DNA of 64,000 nucleotides from an uncultured Bacteroidales bacterium (GTDB lineage Bacteria; Bacteroidota; Bacteroidia; Bacteroidales; SZUA-534): NCBI GenBank assembly GCA_902790595.1, contig CADASL010000011.1, positions 35,861 to 99,860 of the forward strand, read 5' to 3'. Shown piece by piece: positions 8,086 to 20,124 of this stretch (position 1 is its first letter; each line of letters starts with the position of its first letter). The notes under the pieces were generated by a model. It saw only the letters and a program-made list of their open reading frames with translations, ran no database searches and was not told where the DNA came from. The position numbers and the translations under genes were made by a program.

Positions 8086-8296
8086 AGCGCAGCCATCCTC
8101 CGTGATTTTTGCAGACGGTGGTCAAATCTTCAATGGCTGTGGCCACAGACTGCTGATGTTCAGCCTCATAACAATCATCCAAGAACGCAATTCCAGCATA
8201 CTGCTTAAGGTAGTTGTACGCCTGTTTAACCGGCATTGAATAATGCTCTGCAAACTTGCGGATGATGAAAATCATATATTCCGGTTTGAAATCCAT
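8078..8296 (-). CDS. DUF3791 family protein
   Basis: Probable ATG at 8296 (72 aa): FIIRKFAEHY...AYNYLKQYAGIAFLDDCYEAEHQQS...IEDL; overlaps the DUF3990 start by 8 bp. Confidence 0.75.
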   Translation of the reverse strand: MDFKPEYMIFIIRKFAEHYSMPVKQAYNYLKQYAGIAFLDDCYEAEHQQSVATAIEDLTTVCKNHGGWLRYA

Positions 8297-8389
8297 AAAT
8301 TGCTGTTTTTGACGGAACAATATATTTGTTTTTGCTAAAAATGCCAAAAGTGCCAGCCAAATTCTACCATTCAAACTCCACTTACCCCT

Positions 8390-8713
8390 CTACGCCTTCG
8401 CCGTTGGTGTGCCAAAACCGCCCATTGGGAAGCGGCCGGCGGGGCCATCAGCCAGGTTTATCTTGCCGAACGATGCCTCGTACTTCGAAATGTTGTCCTG
8501 TAGGGCAAAAAGCAGGCGTTTGGCGTGCTCGGGTGTAAGAATGATGCGTGATTTCACACCGGCCTTTGGAACGCCGGGCATAACGCGCGCAAAATCAAGC
8601 ACAAACTCTGAAGTTGAGTGTGTGATGATTGCTAAATTCGAATAGATGCCCTGTGCCACATCGTCGGTCAGTTCAATGTTCAACTGTTTGTTTTGCTGTT
8701 GTTGTTCGCTCAT
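8390..8713 (-). CDS. DUF3467 family protein
   Basis: QLNIEL...AQGIYSNLAIITHSTSEFVLDF...PKAGVKSRIILTPEHAKRLL; usual position downstream of rpoC in Bacteroidota. Confidence 0.9.
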   Translation of the reverse strand: MSEQQQQNKQLNIELTDDVAQGIYSNLAIITHSTSEFVLDFARVMPGVPKAGVKSRIILTPEHAKRLLFALQDNISKYEASFGKINLADGPAGRFPMGGFGTPTAKA

Positions 8714-8729
8714 AGTCGGATATTTTTTT

Positions 8730-8737
8730 CAAAAGTA
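8730..8737 (-). promoter_or_regulatory. -7 promoter element (TACTTTTG) for DUF3467
   Basis: Exact TAnnTTTG 17 bp upstream of the ATG. Confidence 0.5.
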
Positions 8738-8772
8738 ACAAAAACAATTAACCTCCATCCGATTATCCAACA

Positions 8773-8802
8773 AAAAAGGCCACCCTGTCGGGCAGCCTTT
8801 TT
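8773..8802 (-). terminator. Terminator after rpoC
   Basis: AAAAAGGC-CA-CCC tgtc GGG-CA-GCCTTTTT hairpin with A/T tails. Confidence 0.7.
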
Positions 8803-8820
8803 CATTGAATATCTTGAAGA

Positions 8821-11800
8821 TTATTCTCCGTCTTCAACATCAGAGCCAGTTTCCGAAGTCATTTCCATAATCTCCTGGTCAACAGTGTAGTCATCGTCGT
8901 CGATGCTGTCGCGTCTGTGAGTCAGAGCATCATACTCCTCTTTCGAACCCACAATCAGGTCAGAGAACAAGCGGGTGCCTGTACCTGCAGGAATCAGGTG
9001 ACCAACAATAACGTTCTCCTTCAAGCCCTCCATTGGGTCTGATTTGGCGCAGATGGCAGCCTCGTTGAGCACTTTGGTTGTCTCCTGGAACGATGCGGCC
9101 GAAATGAAACTCTTGGTCTGCAATGCGGCGCGGGTGATACCCTGCAGCACCTGGTTCGAAGTTGCCGGAACGGTGTCGCGGGCCTCAACCAGACGCAAGT
9201 CTTTACGTTTCAAGATTGAGTTCTCGTCGCGCAGTTTGCGGCTTGTCACAATCTGACCGGGTTTCAGTGTCTCAGAGTCGCCGGCATCGGTAACAACTTT
9301 CTTGTCCCAAATCCAGTCGTTCTCCTCCATAAAGTCGTTCTTGTCAACCAACTGTTTCTCAAGGAATTTGGTGTCACCCGGGTCGATGATTTCAACCTTG
9401 CGCATCATTTGGCGGACAATCACCTCAAAGTGCTTGTCGTTGATTTTCACACCTTGCAGACGGTAAACCTCCTGAACCTCGTTCACAATGTACTCCTGAA
9501 CTTTGGTCGGGCCCATAATCGAAAGGATGTCCTGCGGGGTGATGGCGCCGTCAGACAACGGAATGCCTGCGCGAACGTAATCGTTCTCCTGAACCAGAAT
9601 CTGTTTCGACAGCGGAACAAGGTATTTAGCCTGCTCGCCCGAGCGCGATGTGATGATAATCTCGCGGTTACCACGCTTGATTTTGCCGTAGGTCACCTCG
9701 CCATCGATTTCGGCAACCACTGCCGGGTTCGACGGGTTACGTGCCTCGAACAACTCGGTAACACGCGGCAGACCACCGGTGATATCGCCCGCTTTACCAA
9801 CGGCGCGCGGAATCTTAACGATAACCTGTCCTTGCTTAACGTCCTCGTTTTCAGCAATCACAATGTGAGCGCCTACCGGGATGTTGTACGATTTTATCTC
9901 TTCGCCAGCCGCGTTCTTGATTGAGATGGCCGGGTTCTTAGTCTTGTCGCGGGTTTCGATAACCACCTTCTCTGCAAAGCCTGTGGCCTCATCCGACTCC
10001 TCGCGGTAGGTAACGCCCTCCTCAAGGTTAACGAAATCTGCCTTACCACCAACTTCCGAAATGATGACTGCGTTGTAAGCGTCCCACTCGCAAATCAGTG
10101 TGCCCTTCTTAACTTCGGTTCCGTTCTTCACGAACAGTTTCGAACCGTAAGGTATTGCGTGATTTGAAATTACAAGACCTGTGTTGACATCAACCAACTT
10201 CATCTCAGCCAGACGGCCAACAACGATTTCAATGTCGCCGGCGTTCTCGTCTTTATAAGCGATTGAGCGAAGTTCCTCAAACTCAACGCGACCATCGTAA
10301 CTTGCGGTCAGGCTTGAGTCGGAAGCAATGTTGCCTGCAGTACCACCCACGTGGAATGTACGCAGAGTCAACTGTGTACCAGGCTCACCGATTGACTGTG
10401 CGGCAATCACACCCACAGCCTCGCCAATCTGTACCATTCGGCTGTTCGAAAGGTTACGTCCGTAGCACTTAGCGCAGACGCCGTTCTTCGACTCGCAAGT
10501 GAGCACCGAACGCATCTCGACTTGCTCAATCGGCGAATCCTCAATAATTTGAGCGATTTCCTCAGTGAACTCCTCACCAGCCTTGATAATCAGTTCGCCG
10601 GTAATCGGGTGATAAATATCGTGTACCGATGTACGGCCCAAGATTCTGTCGTACAGCGATTCAACTACATCTTCGTTTTTCTTCAGAGCGGTTGCCACCA
10701 GACCACGCAGTGTGCCGCAGTCTTCCTCGGTGATAATCACATCGTTCGACACATCGACCAGACGACGGGTCAGATAACCTGCGTCGGCGGTCTTCAAAGC
10801 GGTATCGGCCAAACCTTTACGTGCACCGTGGGTTGAGATGAAGTACTCGAGCACCGACAGACCCTCTTTAAAGTTGGCCAAAATCGGGTTCTCGATAATC
10901 TGACCGCCTTCAGCACCTGACTTCTGCGGTTTCGCCATCAAACCACGCATACCGCACAACTGACGAATCTGCTCCTTCGAACCACGGGCTCCAGAATCAA
11001 GCATCATAAATACTGAATTGAAGCCTTGGTTGTCTGAACTCAACTGTTTCATCAGAATTTGAGTCAGTTTGGCATTGGTGTGTGTCCAAATATCGATAAT
11101 CTGATTGTAACGCTCGTTGTTGGTGATGAAGCCCATATTGTAGTTGTTCATCACCTCGTCAACCTGCTTGTAACCCTCGCTAACCAATTCGGCTTTTTCT
11201 GCAGGAATGATTACGTCGCCAAGGTTGAACGACAGACCGCCTTCGAACGCCATACGGTATCCAAGGTTCTTGATGTCGTCAAGGAATTGAGCGGTAACGG
11301 CTGTTCCGCAAGTCTTGTAAACCTTACCGATGATGTCGCGAAGTGACTTCTTTGTCAGCACCTCGTTGATGAATCCAACCTCATCAGGAACAAATTGGTT
11401 GACAATCACACGGCCTACGGTTGTCTCAAGGATTGTGTCCTTAACCTCACCGTCAATCAGGTCTTTAGTCTTAACTTTGATAGTTGCGTGAAGGTCAACG
11501 CGTTTCTCGTTGTATGCAATGTTCACCTCCTCAGGCGAGTAGAACGTAATGCCCTCGCCCAGAGCGCCTTTGCGGGCTTTGGTGATGTAGTACAGACCGA
11601 GCACCATATCCTGCGAAGGAACGGTGATAGGCGCGCCGTTGGCCGGGTTCAGAATGTTGTGCGAACCAAGCATCAGCAACTGTGCCTCAAGAATGGCTGC
11701 GTTGCCCAGTGGCAAGTGAACGGCCATTTGGTCACCGTCGAAGTCGGCGTTGAATGCAGTACAAGCAAGCGGGTGCAACTGAATTGCCTTACCCTCAATG

Positions 11801-13158
11801 AGTTTCGGCTGGAAGGCCTGAATACCCAAGCGGTGAAGGGTCGGGGCACGGTTGAGCAGAACCGGGTGTCCTTTGATGACGTTCTCAAGAATGTCCCAAA
11901 CAACAGGGTCCTTGCGGTCAACTATCTTTTTGGCTGATTTCACGGTCTTTACAATGCCGCGCTCAATCAGTTTGCGGATTACGAATGGTTTGTAGAGTTC
12001 GGCAGCCATATCCTTCGGCAGACCGCACTCGTGCATCTTCAATTCAGGACCTACAACGATAACCGAACGGGCCGAGTAGTCGACACGTTTACCAAGCAAG
12101 TTCTGACGGAAACGTCCTTGCTTACCTTTCAAACTGTCGCTCAACGATTTGAGAGCGCGGTTGTTCTCGGTTTTCACTGCGTTCGATTTGCGCGAGTTGT
12201 CGAACAACGAATCGACAGCCTCTTGAAGCATACGCTTCTCATTGCGCAGAATCACCTCCGGTGCCTTGATTTCGATAAGGCGTTTCAGACGGTTGTTGCG
12301 GATGATGACACGACGATACAAATCGTTCAAGTCAGATGTTGCGAAGCGGCCGCCATCGAGCGGAACCAACGGACGCAACTCCGGCGGAATCACGGGGATA
12401 ACCTTCAGAATCATCCACTCCGGACGGTTCTTACCCTGCGATGCGCGGAACGATTCAACAACCTGCAGACGCTTCAGAGCCTCGCCCTTACGCTGCTGCG
12501 ATGTCTCGGTATCGGCTTTGTGGCGCAAATCGTACGAAAGGTCGTCAAGATTCAGTTTGGCGAGCAGGTCGTAGATGGCCTCTGCGCCCATTTTTGCAAT
12601 AAATTTGTTGGGGTCAGTATCCTCAAGGAACTGATTATCTTTTGGAACTTTCTCCATCCAGTCAAGGTACTCCTCCTCTGTCAGCAGGTCAAGGTCGTTG
12701 ATGCCCTGCTCTGCCATTTGGCCGGCCTGAATGACGATATAGCGCTCGTAGTAAACCACCATATCGAGTTTCTTTGTCGGCAAACCAAGCAGATAGCCGA
12801 TTTTGTTCGGCAGCGACTTGAAATACCATATATGTGCTACAGGCACAACCAGTTGGATGTGTCCCATACGCTCACGGCGTACCTTCTTCTCTGTAACTTC
12901 AACACCGCAACGGTCGCAGACGATGCCTTTGTAGCGGATGCGTTTGTACTTGCCGCAGTGGCACTCATAGTCTTTTACAGGACCGAAGATGCGTTCGCAG
13001 AACAGACCGTCACGCTCCGGCTTGTAAGTACGGTAGTTGATTGTTTCCGGCTTCAGCACCTCGCCGCTCGAACGCTCGAGAATCTCTTCCGGCGATGCCA
13101 GGCCTATTGTTATGTGCGAGAACTCGCTCTTTGTTTTAGTTTCCTTTCTAAATGCCAT
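8821..13158 (-). CDS. rpoC: RNA polymerase beta' subunit
   Basis: 1445 aa; [12 protein letters not shown] catalytic motif, N-terminal Zn finger. Confidence 0.99.
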   Translation of the reverse strand: MAFRKETKTKSEFSHITIGLASPEEILERSSGEVLKPETINYRTYKPERDGLFCERIFGPVKDYECHCGKYKRIRYKGIVCDRCGVEVTEKKVRRERMGHIQLVVPVAHIWYFKSLPNKIGYLLGLPTKKLDMVVYYERYIVIQAGQMAEQGINDLDLLTEEEYLDWMEKVPKDNQFLEDTDPNKFIAKMGAEAIYDLLAKLNLDDLSYDLRHKADTETSQQRKGEALKRLQVVESFRASQGKNRPEWMILKVIPVIPPELRPLVPLDGGRFATSDLNDLYRRVIIRNNRLKRLIEIKAPEVILRNEKRMLQEAVDSLFDNSRKSNAVKTENNRALKSLSDSLKGKQGRFRQNLLGKRVDYSARSVIVVGPELKMHECGLPKDMAAELYKPFVIRKLIERGIVKTVKSAKKIVDRKDPVVWDILENVIKGHPVLLNRAPTLHRLGIQAFQPKLIEGKAIQLHPLACTAFNADFDGDQMAVHLPLGNAAILEAQLLMLGSHNILNPANGAPITVPSQDMVLGLYYITKARKGALGEGITFYSPEEVNIAYNEKRVDLHATIKVKTKDLIDGEVKDTILETTVGRVIVNQFVPDEVGFINEVLTKKSLRDIIGKVYKTCGTAVTAQFLDDIKNLGYRMAFEGGLSFNLGDVIIPAEKAELVSEGYKQVDEVMNNYNMGFITNNERYNQIIDIWTHTNAKLTQILMKQLSSDNQGFNSVFMMLDSGARGSKEQIRQLCGMRGLMAKPQKSGAEGGQIIENPILANFKEGLSVLEYFISTHGARKGLADTALKTADAGYLTRRLVDVSNDVIITEEDCGTLRGLVATALKKNEDVVESLYDRILGRTSVHDIYHPITGELIIKAGEEFTEEIAQIIEDSPIEQVEMRSVLTCESKNGVCAKCYGRNLSNSRMVQIGEAVGVIAAQSIGEPGTQLTLRTFHVGGTAGNIASDSSLTASYDGRVEFEELRSIAYKDENAGDIEIVVGRLAEMKLVDVNTGLVISNHAIPYGSKLFVKNGTEVKKGTLICEWDAYNAVIISEVGGKADFVNLEEGVTYREESDEATGFAEKVVIETRDKTKNPAISIKNAAGEEIKSYNIPVGAHIVIAENEDVKQGQVIVKIPRAVGKAGDITGGLPRVTELFEARNPSNPAVVAEIDGEVTYGKIKRGNREIIITSRSGEQAKYLVPLSKQILVQENDYVRAGIPLSDGAITPQDILSIMGPTKVQEYIVNEVQEVYRLQGVKINDKHFEVIVRQMMRKVEIIDPGDTKFLEKQLVDKNDFMEENDWIWDKKVVTDAGDSETLKPGQIVTSRKLRDENSILKRKDLRLVEARDTVPATSNQVLQGITRAALQTKSFISAASFQETTKVLNEAAICAKSDPMEGLKENVIVGHLIPAGTGTRLFSDLIVGSKEEYDALTHRRDSIDDDDYTVDQEIMEMTSETGSDVEDGE

Positions 13159-13219
13159 AGATGGAAATTTTAAGAAGATTATAAAGATGGTATGGCCTTT
13201 CAGCCATACCAGTCATATT

Positions 13220-16200
13220 TTACTCTAAATTAATGCTCAATCCCAAGCCGCGCAACTCGTGCAGCAATACGTTCAACGATTCAGGGATGCCCGGTGTCGG
13301 CATCGGCTCACCCTTGACAATCGACTCGTAAGCCTTTGCACGTCCCATCACGTCGTCCGACTTAACAGTCAGAATCTCCTGAAGAACATTGGCTGCGCCG
13401 AATGCCTCGAGTGCCCAAACCTCCATCTCACCAAAACGCTGACCACCGAATTGTGCTTTACCGCCCAACGGCTGCTGAGTGATGAGTGAGTATGGACCGA
13501 TTGAACGTGCGTGCATCTTGTCGTCGACCATATGGCCCAGTTTCAGCATATAGATAACGCCCACTGTGGCCGGTTGGTGGAAGCGCTCGCCGGTTCCGCC
13601 GTCGTACAGATATGTGCGGCCGAATTCCGGAACGCCTGCCTTGTTGGTCAGTTCGGTAATCTCCTCAAGCGATGCGCCGTCGAAGATTGGTGTGGCGAAC
13701 TTCAATCCGAGTTCGCGGCCTGCCCAACCGAGCACGGTCTCGTAAATCTGTCCAAGGTTCATACGTGAAGGCACGCCCAGCGGGTTCAGCACAATGTCAA
13801 CCAGTGTGCCGTCTTCAAGGAATGGCATATCCTCGTCGCGGACAACCTTTGCCACAATACCCTTGTTACCGTGGCGTCCGGCCATCTTGTCACCCACGCG
13901 AATCTTACGTTTCTGTGCGATGTAAACCTTTGCAAGTTGAACAATTCCGTTCGGCAGTTCGTCGCCAACCGAGATGTTGAACACCTTGCGTTTGATGTCG
14001 CCTTCAATCTCGCGGTTCTTGATTGTATAGTTGTGCAGCAGTTCTGCGATTGTGTCGTTCTTCTCCTTGTCGGTAGTCCACTTGCAAGGATTAACGTTCA
14101 GATAATCAACCTCGAGCAAAAGTTTCTGCGAGAATTTTGTTCCTTTCGGGATGATGTCGGTGCCAATCATATCCTTAACACCTTGCGACACCTTGCCGTT
14201 CACAATCGAGAAGAGTTTGTCAACCAGACGGGCCTTGAGTTCGCCCAGACGCTGCTGACGCTCCTCCTCAATCTTCTGCAGAAGCGGTTTCTCTGCTGCT
14301 TTCAGTTTCTTGTCTTTAACCAGACGTGAGAACAATTTCTTGTCAATCACAACGCCTGTAAGCGACGGACCGGCCTTCAACGAAGCGTCTTTCACGTCAC
14401 CGGCTTTGTCGCCGAATATGGCGCGAAGCAACTTCTCCTCCGGCGACGGGTCTGACTCGCCTTTCGGTGTGATTTTACCGATAAGGATGTCGCCCGGCAG
14501 CACGTGTGCGCCAATGCGGATAAGACCGTTGTCGTCCAAGTATTTGGTTGCGTCCTCGCTAACGTTCGGGATGTCGGCTGTGAGTTCCTCCATACCGCGT
14601 TTGGTGTCGCGCACCTCAAGCATATATTCGTCGATGTGAAGCGATGTGAACAAATCCTCACGTACAACACGCTCCGAAAGCACGATGGCGTCCTCGAAGT
14701 TGTAACCCTTCCAAGGCATAAAGGCCACCTTCAGGTTGCGTCCCAAAGCGAGTTCGCCGCCTTGTGTTGCGTAACCTTCGGTCATCACCATACCCTTCGT
14801 CACCTTGTCGCCTTTCGACACAATCGGACGCTGGTTGATGCACATACTCTGGTTGGTCTTCTGGAATTTGGTCAGCTTGTAGCGGACAACATCGTCATCG
14901 AAACTTACAAAACGCTGTGCGTCAGTACGGTTGTAACGAACGACAATCTCGTCGGCGTCAACATATTCAACCACACCGTCGCCTTCGGCACTAATCATAT
15001 TGCGCGAGTCTTCGGCAACACGTTTCTCAATGCCTGTACCAACAATCGGCGATTCCGATTTCAAAAGCGGAACGGCCTGGCGCATCATATTCGAACCCAT
15101 CAACGCACGGTTGGCATCGTCGTGCTCAAGGAACGGAATCAGTGATGCGGCTATTGACGAAATCTGGTTCGGCGCAACGTCCATCATCTGAACGTCGGCG
15201 CGGTCGGTCAACGGGAAGTCGGCCTCCAGACGTGTCTTAACTTTCGGATTCTTGAAGCAACCTTCGGCATCGAGCGGCGCATTGGCCTGCGCGATGATTT
15301 TTCCCTCCTCGTCCTCGGCTGTCAGGTAAACAACATCGTCGTTGTTCAGGTCAACCTTGCCGTTCTCAACCTTGCGGTACGGGGTTTCGATGAAGCCCAG
15401 ATTGTTCACTTTCGCGAACACGCAAAGCGACGAGATAAGACCGATGTTCGGGCCTTCAGGTGTCTCAATCGGGCACAAACGGCCGTAGTGTGTGTAGTGA
15501 ACGTCGCGCACCTCGAAGCCTGCACGCTCACGCGACAGACCGCCAGGGCCCAACGCCGACATACGGCGCTTGTGAGTAAGTTCGGCCAACGGGTTTGTCT
15601 GGTCCATAAACTGCGACAAGGCGTTGGTGCCGAAGAATGAGTTGATGACGCTCGACAATGTCTTTGAGTTGATAAGGTCAACTGGTGTGAACACCTCATT
15701 GTCGCGAACGTTCATTCGCTCTTTGATTGTTCTTGCCATACGAGCCAGGCCAACTCCGAACTGGTTCTGAAGTTGCTCGCCAACGGTACGCACACGGCGG
15801 TTGCTCAAGTGGTCGATATCGTCGACGTCGGCCTTGCTGTTGATAAGTTCAATCAGATATTTGATAATCTCAATAATGTCTTCTTTAGTCAAGACCCTCA
15901 CGCTCATATCGATGTCAAGGTTCAGTTTCCGGTTGATGCGGAAACGGCCTACGTCTCCCAAGTCATAGCGCTTGTCAGAGAAGAACAGCTTGTCGATAAC
16001 GTCGCGAGCGGTTGCCTCGTCAGGCGGCTCTGCGTTGCGCAACTGCCTATAGATGTAAAGCACCGCCTCTTTTTCAGAGTTGCAGGGGTCTTTCTGTAAT
16101 GTATTGTAAATGATACCGAATTCGGCCAAGTTCACATTCTCCTTGTGCAGAAGGATGGTTTTTGCGCCCGAATCGACGATGGCATCAATATGCTCGTTTT

Positions 16201-17032
16201 CGAGAATTGTCTCACGGTCAACGATAACCTCGTTACGCTCGATAGAGACAACCTCGCCGGTATCCTCGTCAACAAAGTCCTCAACCCAGGTCTTCAGGAC
16301 ACGGGCTGCAAGACGGCGGCCGGTAACCTTCTTCAGGCCGGCCTTTGAAACTTTGACTTCATCTGCAAGATCGAATATCTCCAGAATGCTGCGGTCACTC
16401 TCGTAACCGATGGCACGCAACAATGTAGTTACCGGCAATTTCTTCTTGCGGTCGATGTAGGCGTACATCACATTGTTGATGTCGGTTGCAAACTCAATCC
16501 ACGAACCCTTGAACGGGATGATACGTGCCGAATAGAGTTTTGTACCGTTAGCGTGAATGCTCTGACCAAAGAAAACGCCAGGCGAGCGGTGCAACTGCGA
16601 CACAATGACACGCTCCGCACCATTGATAACAAATGTACCGCGCGGTGTCATATAAGGAATGGTGCCCAGATAAACGTCTTGCACCACTGTGTCGAAATCT
16701 TCGTGCTCGGGGTCGGTGCAATACAACTTCAGTTTGGCCTTGAGCGGAATGCTGTAGGTCAGGCCACGCTCGATGCACTCCTCAATGGTGTAACGCGGCG
16801 GGTCGATGTTGTAGTCCAGAAACTCCAGAACGAAATTGTTGCGGGTGTCAGAGATAGGGAAGTTCTCATTGAACACCTCATACAAGCCCTCATTTTTTCT
16901 CTGATCAGGCGTTGTGTTGATATTGAAAAAGTCGTTGAAAGATTTCAATTGGATGTCCAGAAAATCAGGATATTCCAATTGGTTTTTATTCGATGCGAAG
17001 TTTATTCTTTCTTGATAACCAGTTGAAGCCAT
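13220..17032 (-). CDS. rpoB: RNA polymerase beta subunit
   Basis: 1270 aa; [12 protein letters not shown] and [15 protein letters not shown] motifs. Confidence 0.99.
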   Translation of the reverse strand: MASTGYQERINFASNKNQLEYPDFLDIQLKSFNDFFNINTTPDQRKNEGLYEVFNENFPISDTRNNFVLEFLDYNIDPPRYTIEECIERGLTYSIPLKAKLKLYCTDPEHEDFDTVVQDVYLGTIPYMTPRGTFVINGAERVIVSQLHRSPGVFFGQSIHANGTKLYSARIIPFKGSWIEFATDINNVMYAYIDRKKKLPVTTLLRAIGYESDRSILEIFDLADEVKVSKAGLKKVTGRRLAARVLKTWVEDFVDEDTGEVVSIERNEVIVDRETILENEHIDAIVDSGAKTILLHKENVNLAEFGIIYNTLQKDPCNSEKEAVLYIYRQLRNAEPPDEATARDVIDKLFFSDKRYDLGDVGRFRINRKLNLDIDMSVRVLTKEDIIEIIKYLIELINSKADVDDIDHLSNRRVRTVGEQLQNQFGVGLARMARTIKERMNVRDNEVFTPVDLINSKTLSSVINSFFGTNALSQFMDQTNPLAELTHKRRMSALGPGGLSRERAGFEVRDVHYTHYGRLCPIETPEGPNIGLISSLCVFAKVNNLGFIETPYRKVENGKVDLNNDDVVYLTAEDEEGKIIAQANAPLDAEGCFKNPKVKTRLEADFPLTDRADVQMMDVAPNQISSIAASLIPFLEHDDANRALMGSNMMRQAVPLLKSESPIVGTGIEKRVAEDSRNMISAEGDGVVEYVDADEIVVRYNRTDAQRFVSFDDDVVRYKLTKFQKTNQSMCINQRPIVSKGDKVTKGMVMTEGYATQGGELALGRNLKVAFMPWKGYNFEDAIVLSERVVREDLFTSLHIDEYMLEVRDTKRGMEELTADIPNVSEDATKYLDDNGLIRIGAHVLPGDILIGKITPKGESDPSPEEKLLRAIFGDKAGDVKDASLKAGPSLTGVVIDKKLFSRLVKDKKLKAAEKPLLQKIEEERQQRLGELKARLVDKLFSIVNGKVSQGVKDMIGTDIIPKGTKFSQKLLLEVDYLNVNPCKWTTDKEKNDTIAELLHNYTIKNREIEGDIKRKVFNISVGDELPNGIVQLAKVYIAQKRKIRVGDKMAGRHGNKGIVAKVVRDEDMPFLEDGTLVDIVLNPLGVPSRMNLGQIYETVLGWAGRELGLKFATPIFDGASLEEITELTNKAGVPEFGRTYLYDGGTGERFHQPATVGVIYMLKLGHMVDDKMHARSIGPYSLITQQPLGGKAQFGGQRFGEMEVWALEAFGAANVLQEILTVKSDDVMGRAKAYESIVKGEPMPTPGIPESLNVLLHELRGLGLSINLE

Positions 17033-17070
17033 TGTCTTAAAAAATAGGTGAACTTAAAAAAAACAACAAA

Positions 17071-17103
17071 AAGGCTTAGTGTTGGAGACCAACACTAAAC
17101 CTT
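17071..17103 (-). terminator. Terminator/attenuator between rplL and rpoB
   Basis: Minus strand AAGGTTTAGTGTTGG-TCT-CCAACACTAAGCCTT followed by a T-rich tract. Confidence 0.7.
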
Positions 17104-17125
17104 ATCTTTATCCTAATATGGAATC

Positions 17126-17503
17126 CTATTTAAGCTCAACTTCAGCTCCAGCTTCTTCCAATTTAGCCTTTAATGATTCAGCTTCTTCTTTAGATACGCC
17201 TGTCTTAAGTTCTTTCGGAGCGCCGTCAACTACTTCCTTAGCCTCTTTCAAGCCAAGACCAGTGAGTTCCTTAACAAGTTTCACAACTTGCAATTTCTGA
17301 GCGCCAGCCGACTTAAGGATTACGTCGAACTCAGTTTTTTCTGCAGCGGCAGCCTCACCAGCTCCAGCAGCTGGAGCGGCAACAGCAACAGCGGCAGCAG
17401 CCGGTTCAATACCATATTCGTCTTTGAGTATTGCAGCCAACTCATTTACCTCTTTTACAGTCAAGTTAACCAACTCTTCTGCAAACTTTTTCAAATCTGC
17501 CAT
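17126..17503 (-). CDS. rplL: 50S ribosomal protein L7/L12
   Basis: [35 protein letters not shown]. Confidence 0.99.
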   Translation of the reverse strand: MADLKKFAEELVNLTVKEVNELAAILKDEYGIEPAAAAVAVAAPAAGAGEAAAAEKTEFDVILKSAGAQKLQVVKLVKELTGLGLKEAKEVVDGAPKELKTGVSKEEAESLKAKLEEAGAEVELK

Positions 17504-17540
17504 TTTAAATCTATTTTTAAAAAATGTTTACAAATAATGT

Positions 17541-18056
17541 TTATTTCTCTGATAATGTTTTTAAGATACCTGTCAAGTTCTGACCACTCGATTGCAGAGC
17601 AGAAACAACGTTCTTGGCAGGCGATTGCAACAGTGCGATAACATCGGCAATAAGTTCGTTCTTCGACTTGATGTGAATCAAAGCCTCGAGCTGGTTGTCG
17701 CCAATGTAGAACGACTCTTCAACGTATGCGCCCTTAAGAATCGGTTTGTCACCTTTTGCACGGAACTCCTTGATCAGTTTACCCGGAACATTGCCTACTT
17801 CGGTAAACATAATAGAAGTTGTGCCCTTAAGTTCGCCAAACAGTTCCGAAAAGTCGGTGCCTGTTTTTTCCATAGCTTTTTTAAGCAGGGTATTCTTGAC
17901 AACCACAAGCTCAATGTCCTTCTCGAAGCATTTTCTTCTCAACTGACTGGTTTGTTCTGCATTCAAATCAGAAATATCGGTCAGGTAGAAGTGGTTAGCC
18001 TCTTTCAGACGAGCGGCCAGATTGTCAATAATAACAGCCTTATCTTCGCGCCTCAT
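17541..18056 (-). CDS. rplJ: 50S ribosomal protein L10
   Basis: LRRKCF...VVKNTLL...KSKNELIADVIALLQSP; position in operon. Confidence 0.98.
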   Translation of the reverse strand: MRREDKAVIIDNLAARLKEANHFYLTDISDLNAEQTSQLRRKCFEKDIELVVVKNTLLKKAMEKTGTDFSELFGELKGTTSIMFTEVGNVPGKLIKEFRAKGDKPILKGAYVEESFYIGDNQLEALIHIKSKNELIADVIALLQSPAKNVVSALQSSGQNLTGILKTLSEK

Positions 18057-18068
18057 AACTCTAATTTT

Positions 18069-18761
18069 TTACTCTACTGATTTAACATCAACTGGAATAC
18101 CAGGGCTCATTGTGCTCGATAAGCTGATACTCTTAACGTAAGTACCCTTTGCTGTTGAAGGTTTAAGCTTGATGATGGTGCTGATGATTTCCTGAGCGTT
18201 CTCCGCGATTTGCTCCGGAGTGAAGGAAACCTTACCAATACCAGCGTGGATAATACCGAACTTGTCAACTTTAAAGTCGATTTTACCTTGCTTTACTTCT
18301 TTAACAGCAGAACCAATTTCCATGGTAACCGTACCACTTTTCGGGTTAGGCATCAAACCACGGGGACCAAGCACGCGACCAAGGGCGCCGACTTTTGCCA
18401 TAATTGAAGGCATTGTAATGATGACGTCAACGTCAGTCCAACCGCCTTTAATCTTCTCAATGTATTCATCAAGACCTACATAGTCAGCACCAGCGGCTTT
18501 TGCCTCAGCCTCCTTGTCAGGAGTACAAAGTACCAAGACTCTGGTTTGTTTACCTGTTCCGTGAGGTAAAGAAACGACACCACGAACCATTTGATTTGCC
18601 TTGCGGGGATCGACACCCAAACGCATGTCGATGTCCACTGACGCATCAAACTTTGTGGTAGTAACCTCTTTTACCAAATGCGCAGCTTCAGACAAAGTGT
18701 AGAGCTTTGACGGCTCAATCTTGTCTGCCACTAATTTTCTGTTCTTTGTTAGCTTTGCCAT
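18069..18761 (-). CDS. rplA: 50S ribosomal protein L1
   Basis: [39 protein letters not shown]. Confidence 0.99.
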   Translation of the reverse strand: MAKLTKNRKLVADKIEPSKLYTLSEAAHLVKEVTTTKFDASVDIDMRLGVDPRKANQMVRGVVSLPHGTGKQTRVLVLCTPDKEAEAKAAGADYVGLDEYIEKIKGGWTDVDVIITMPSIMAKVGALGRVLGPRGLMPNPKSGTVTMEIGSAVKEVKQGKIDFKVDKFGIIHAGIGKVSFTPEQIAENAQEIISTIIKLKPSTAKGTYVKSISLSSTMSPGIPVDVKSVE

Positions 18762-18788
18762 TTTTACACGAGGTGTTTTAATTAATTA

Positions 18789-19226
18789 TTAACCTGGGAA
18801 CTCTCCAGTAACTGTGACTCCCATACTGCGTGCTGTACCAGCAACAAGACGCATAGCCGACTCAACCGTGAAAGCGTTCAGGTCGGGCATTTTGTCCTCG
18901 GCAATCTCTTTAACTTGTGCCCAAGTCAAAGAAGCAACCTTTTTGCGATTTGGCTCTGCAGAACCGCTCTTAACTTTAGCGGCCTCCAGAATCTGTACAG
19001 CAACGGGCGGACGTTTAACAATAAAGTCAAACGATTTGTCCGAATAAACAGTGATGACAACCGGAAGCACTTTACCAGCGCTGTTTTGAGTCCGGGCATT
19101 AAATTGCTTGCAAAAATCCATGATGTTCACGCCCTTAGAACCTAAGGCCGGGCCCACCGGAGGTGAAGGGTTGGCTGCCCCTCCCTTGATTTGCAGCTTA
19201 ATCATTCCTGTAACTTCTTTTGCCAT
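18789..19226 (-). CDS. rplK: 50S ribosomal protein L11
   Basis: [35 protein letters not shown]. Confidence 0.99.
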   Translation of the reverse strand: MAKEVTGMIKLQIKGGAANPSPPVGPALGSKGVNIMDFCKQFNARTQNSAGKVLPVVITVYSDKSFDFIVKRPPVAVQILEAAKVKSGSAEPNRKKVASLTWAQVKEIAEDKMPDLNAFTVESAMRLVAGTARSMGVTVTGEFPG

Positions 19227-19236
19227 AACAAGTTTT

Positions 19237-19773
19237 TTACTCTTTTACTACCTGCATAAAACTCAGTTCAACCGGAGTTTTTCTGCCAAAAATTTTGACA
19301 CTCACCTTGAGCTTCTTCTTCTCGTCATTAACCTCCTCAATGATTCCGCTGAATGTGTTGAACGGACCATCGATGACTTTAACAGCTTCGCCAACAACAA
19401 ACGGGTTGGTGTTTTCCTCGTCGGTATCTCTGAGTTCATCCACCTTGCCCAATATCCTGTTGACTTCCGAAACTCTCAATGGTGTCGGATCACCATTTCC
19501 CTCAGTTAAAAAACCAAGGACTCCTGGCATATTCCTAAGAAAATGGGGAACCTCGCCGACCAAAGCCGCCTCGACTAGCACGTAACCGGGAAAGAAGTTT
19601 CTTTCCTTACTAATCTTCTTACCATTACGGATTTGATAAATCTTTTCTGTAGGAATCAAGACTTGGGAAACATATTCCTGCAGATTTTGGTGAGCGGCTT
19701 CGCTCTCGATTTGCTCCTTTACTTTCTTTTCCTGCCCACTTAAGGCTTTCAGAACATACCATTTCTTTTCCAT
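19237..19773 (-). CDS. nusG: Transcription termination/antitermination factor NusG
   Basis: [15 protein letters not shown]...FFPGYVLV...KOW motif VKVIDGPF...[14 protein letters not shown]. Confidence 0.98.
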   Translation of the reverse strand: MEKKWYVLKALSGQEKKVKEQIESEAAHQNLQEYVSQVLIPTEKIYQIRNGKKISKERNFFPGYVLVEAALVGEVPHFLRNMPGVLGFLTEGNGDPTPLRVSEVNRILGKVDELRDTDEENTNPFVVGEAVKVIDGPFNTFSGIIEEVNDEKKKLKVSVKIFGRKTPVELSFMQVVKE

Positions 19774-19792
19774 CTCTCTACAATTGAATTAT

Positions 19793-19987
19793 TTAACTGA
19801 ATAAACCGTAAATGAATTCCATTATATGAGCAAATGAAAAATCCATTATGTAAATAATGAGGGCTATAATTAAGGAAGCAACCATTACAACAATAGCACT
19901 ATTTTGAAGGTCGGACCAAGAAGGCCACGACACTTTGTGTATCAGTTCGTTGTAAACCTCTTTGAGATATACTTTGATCTTTTGCAT
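19793..19987 (-). CDS. secE: Preprotein translocase subunit SecE
   Basis: ELIHKVSWPSWSDL plus one TM helix; ATG at 19987. Confidence 0.95.
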   Translation of the reverse strand: MQKIKVYLKEVYNELIHKVSWPSWSDLQNSAIVVMVASLIIALIIYIMDFSFAHIMEFIYGLFS

Positions 19988-20005
19988 TGTTACCACTTAT
20001 TAAGG

Positions 20006-20078
20006 CACGGGAGGAGCGACTCGAACGCCCGACACCTAGTTTTGGAGACTAGTGCTCTACCAACTGAGCTACACCCGT
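20006..20078 (-). tRNA. trnW: tRNA-Trp (CCA)
   Basis: ACGGGTGTAGCTCAGTTGGTAGAGCACTAGTCTCCAAAACTAG...GTTCGAGT...CCCGTG cloverleaf. Confidence 0.97.
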
Positions 20079-20082
20079 AAAT

Positions 20083-20110
20083 AAAGGATTCCAATCGCTT
20101 GGAATCCTTT
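20083..20110 (-). terminator. Hairpin between tuf and tRNA-Trp
   Basis: Perfect 12-bp inverted repeat AAAGGATTCCAA / TTGGAATCCTTT with a GCGA loop on the minus strand. Confidence 0.65.
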
Positions 20111-20124
20111 TTTATCTCTTGTTA

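Noticed and set aside
12031-13173. Long antisense ORFs over core genes (e.g. 12031..13173, 31707..33215, 47082..48356, 61455..62627, 41522..42409)
   Set aside because: They shadow well-supported genes on the opposite strand, have no recognisable motifs, and are expected from codon bias in GC-rich coding DNA.
8821-17032. Inteins or unusual insertions in rpoB/rpoC
   Set aside because: Lengths (1270 and 1445 aa) and motifs are typical for Bacteroidota.
20006-20078. U6-U67 mismatch in the tRNA-Trp acceptor stem
   Set aside because: A single tolerated mismatch; the rest of the cloverleaf is canonical, so it is not evidence of a pseudogene or recoding.
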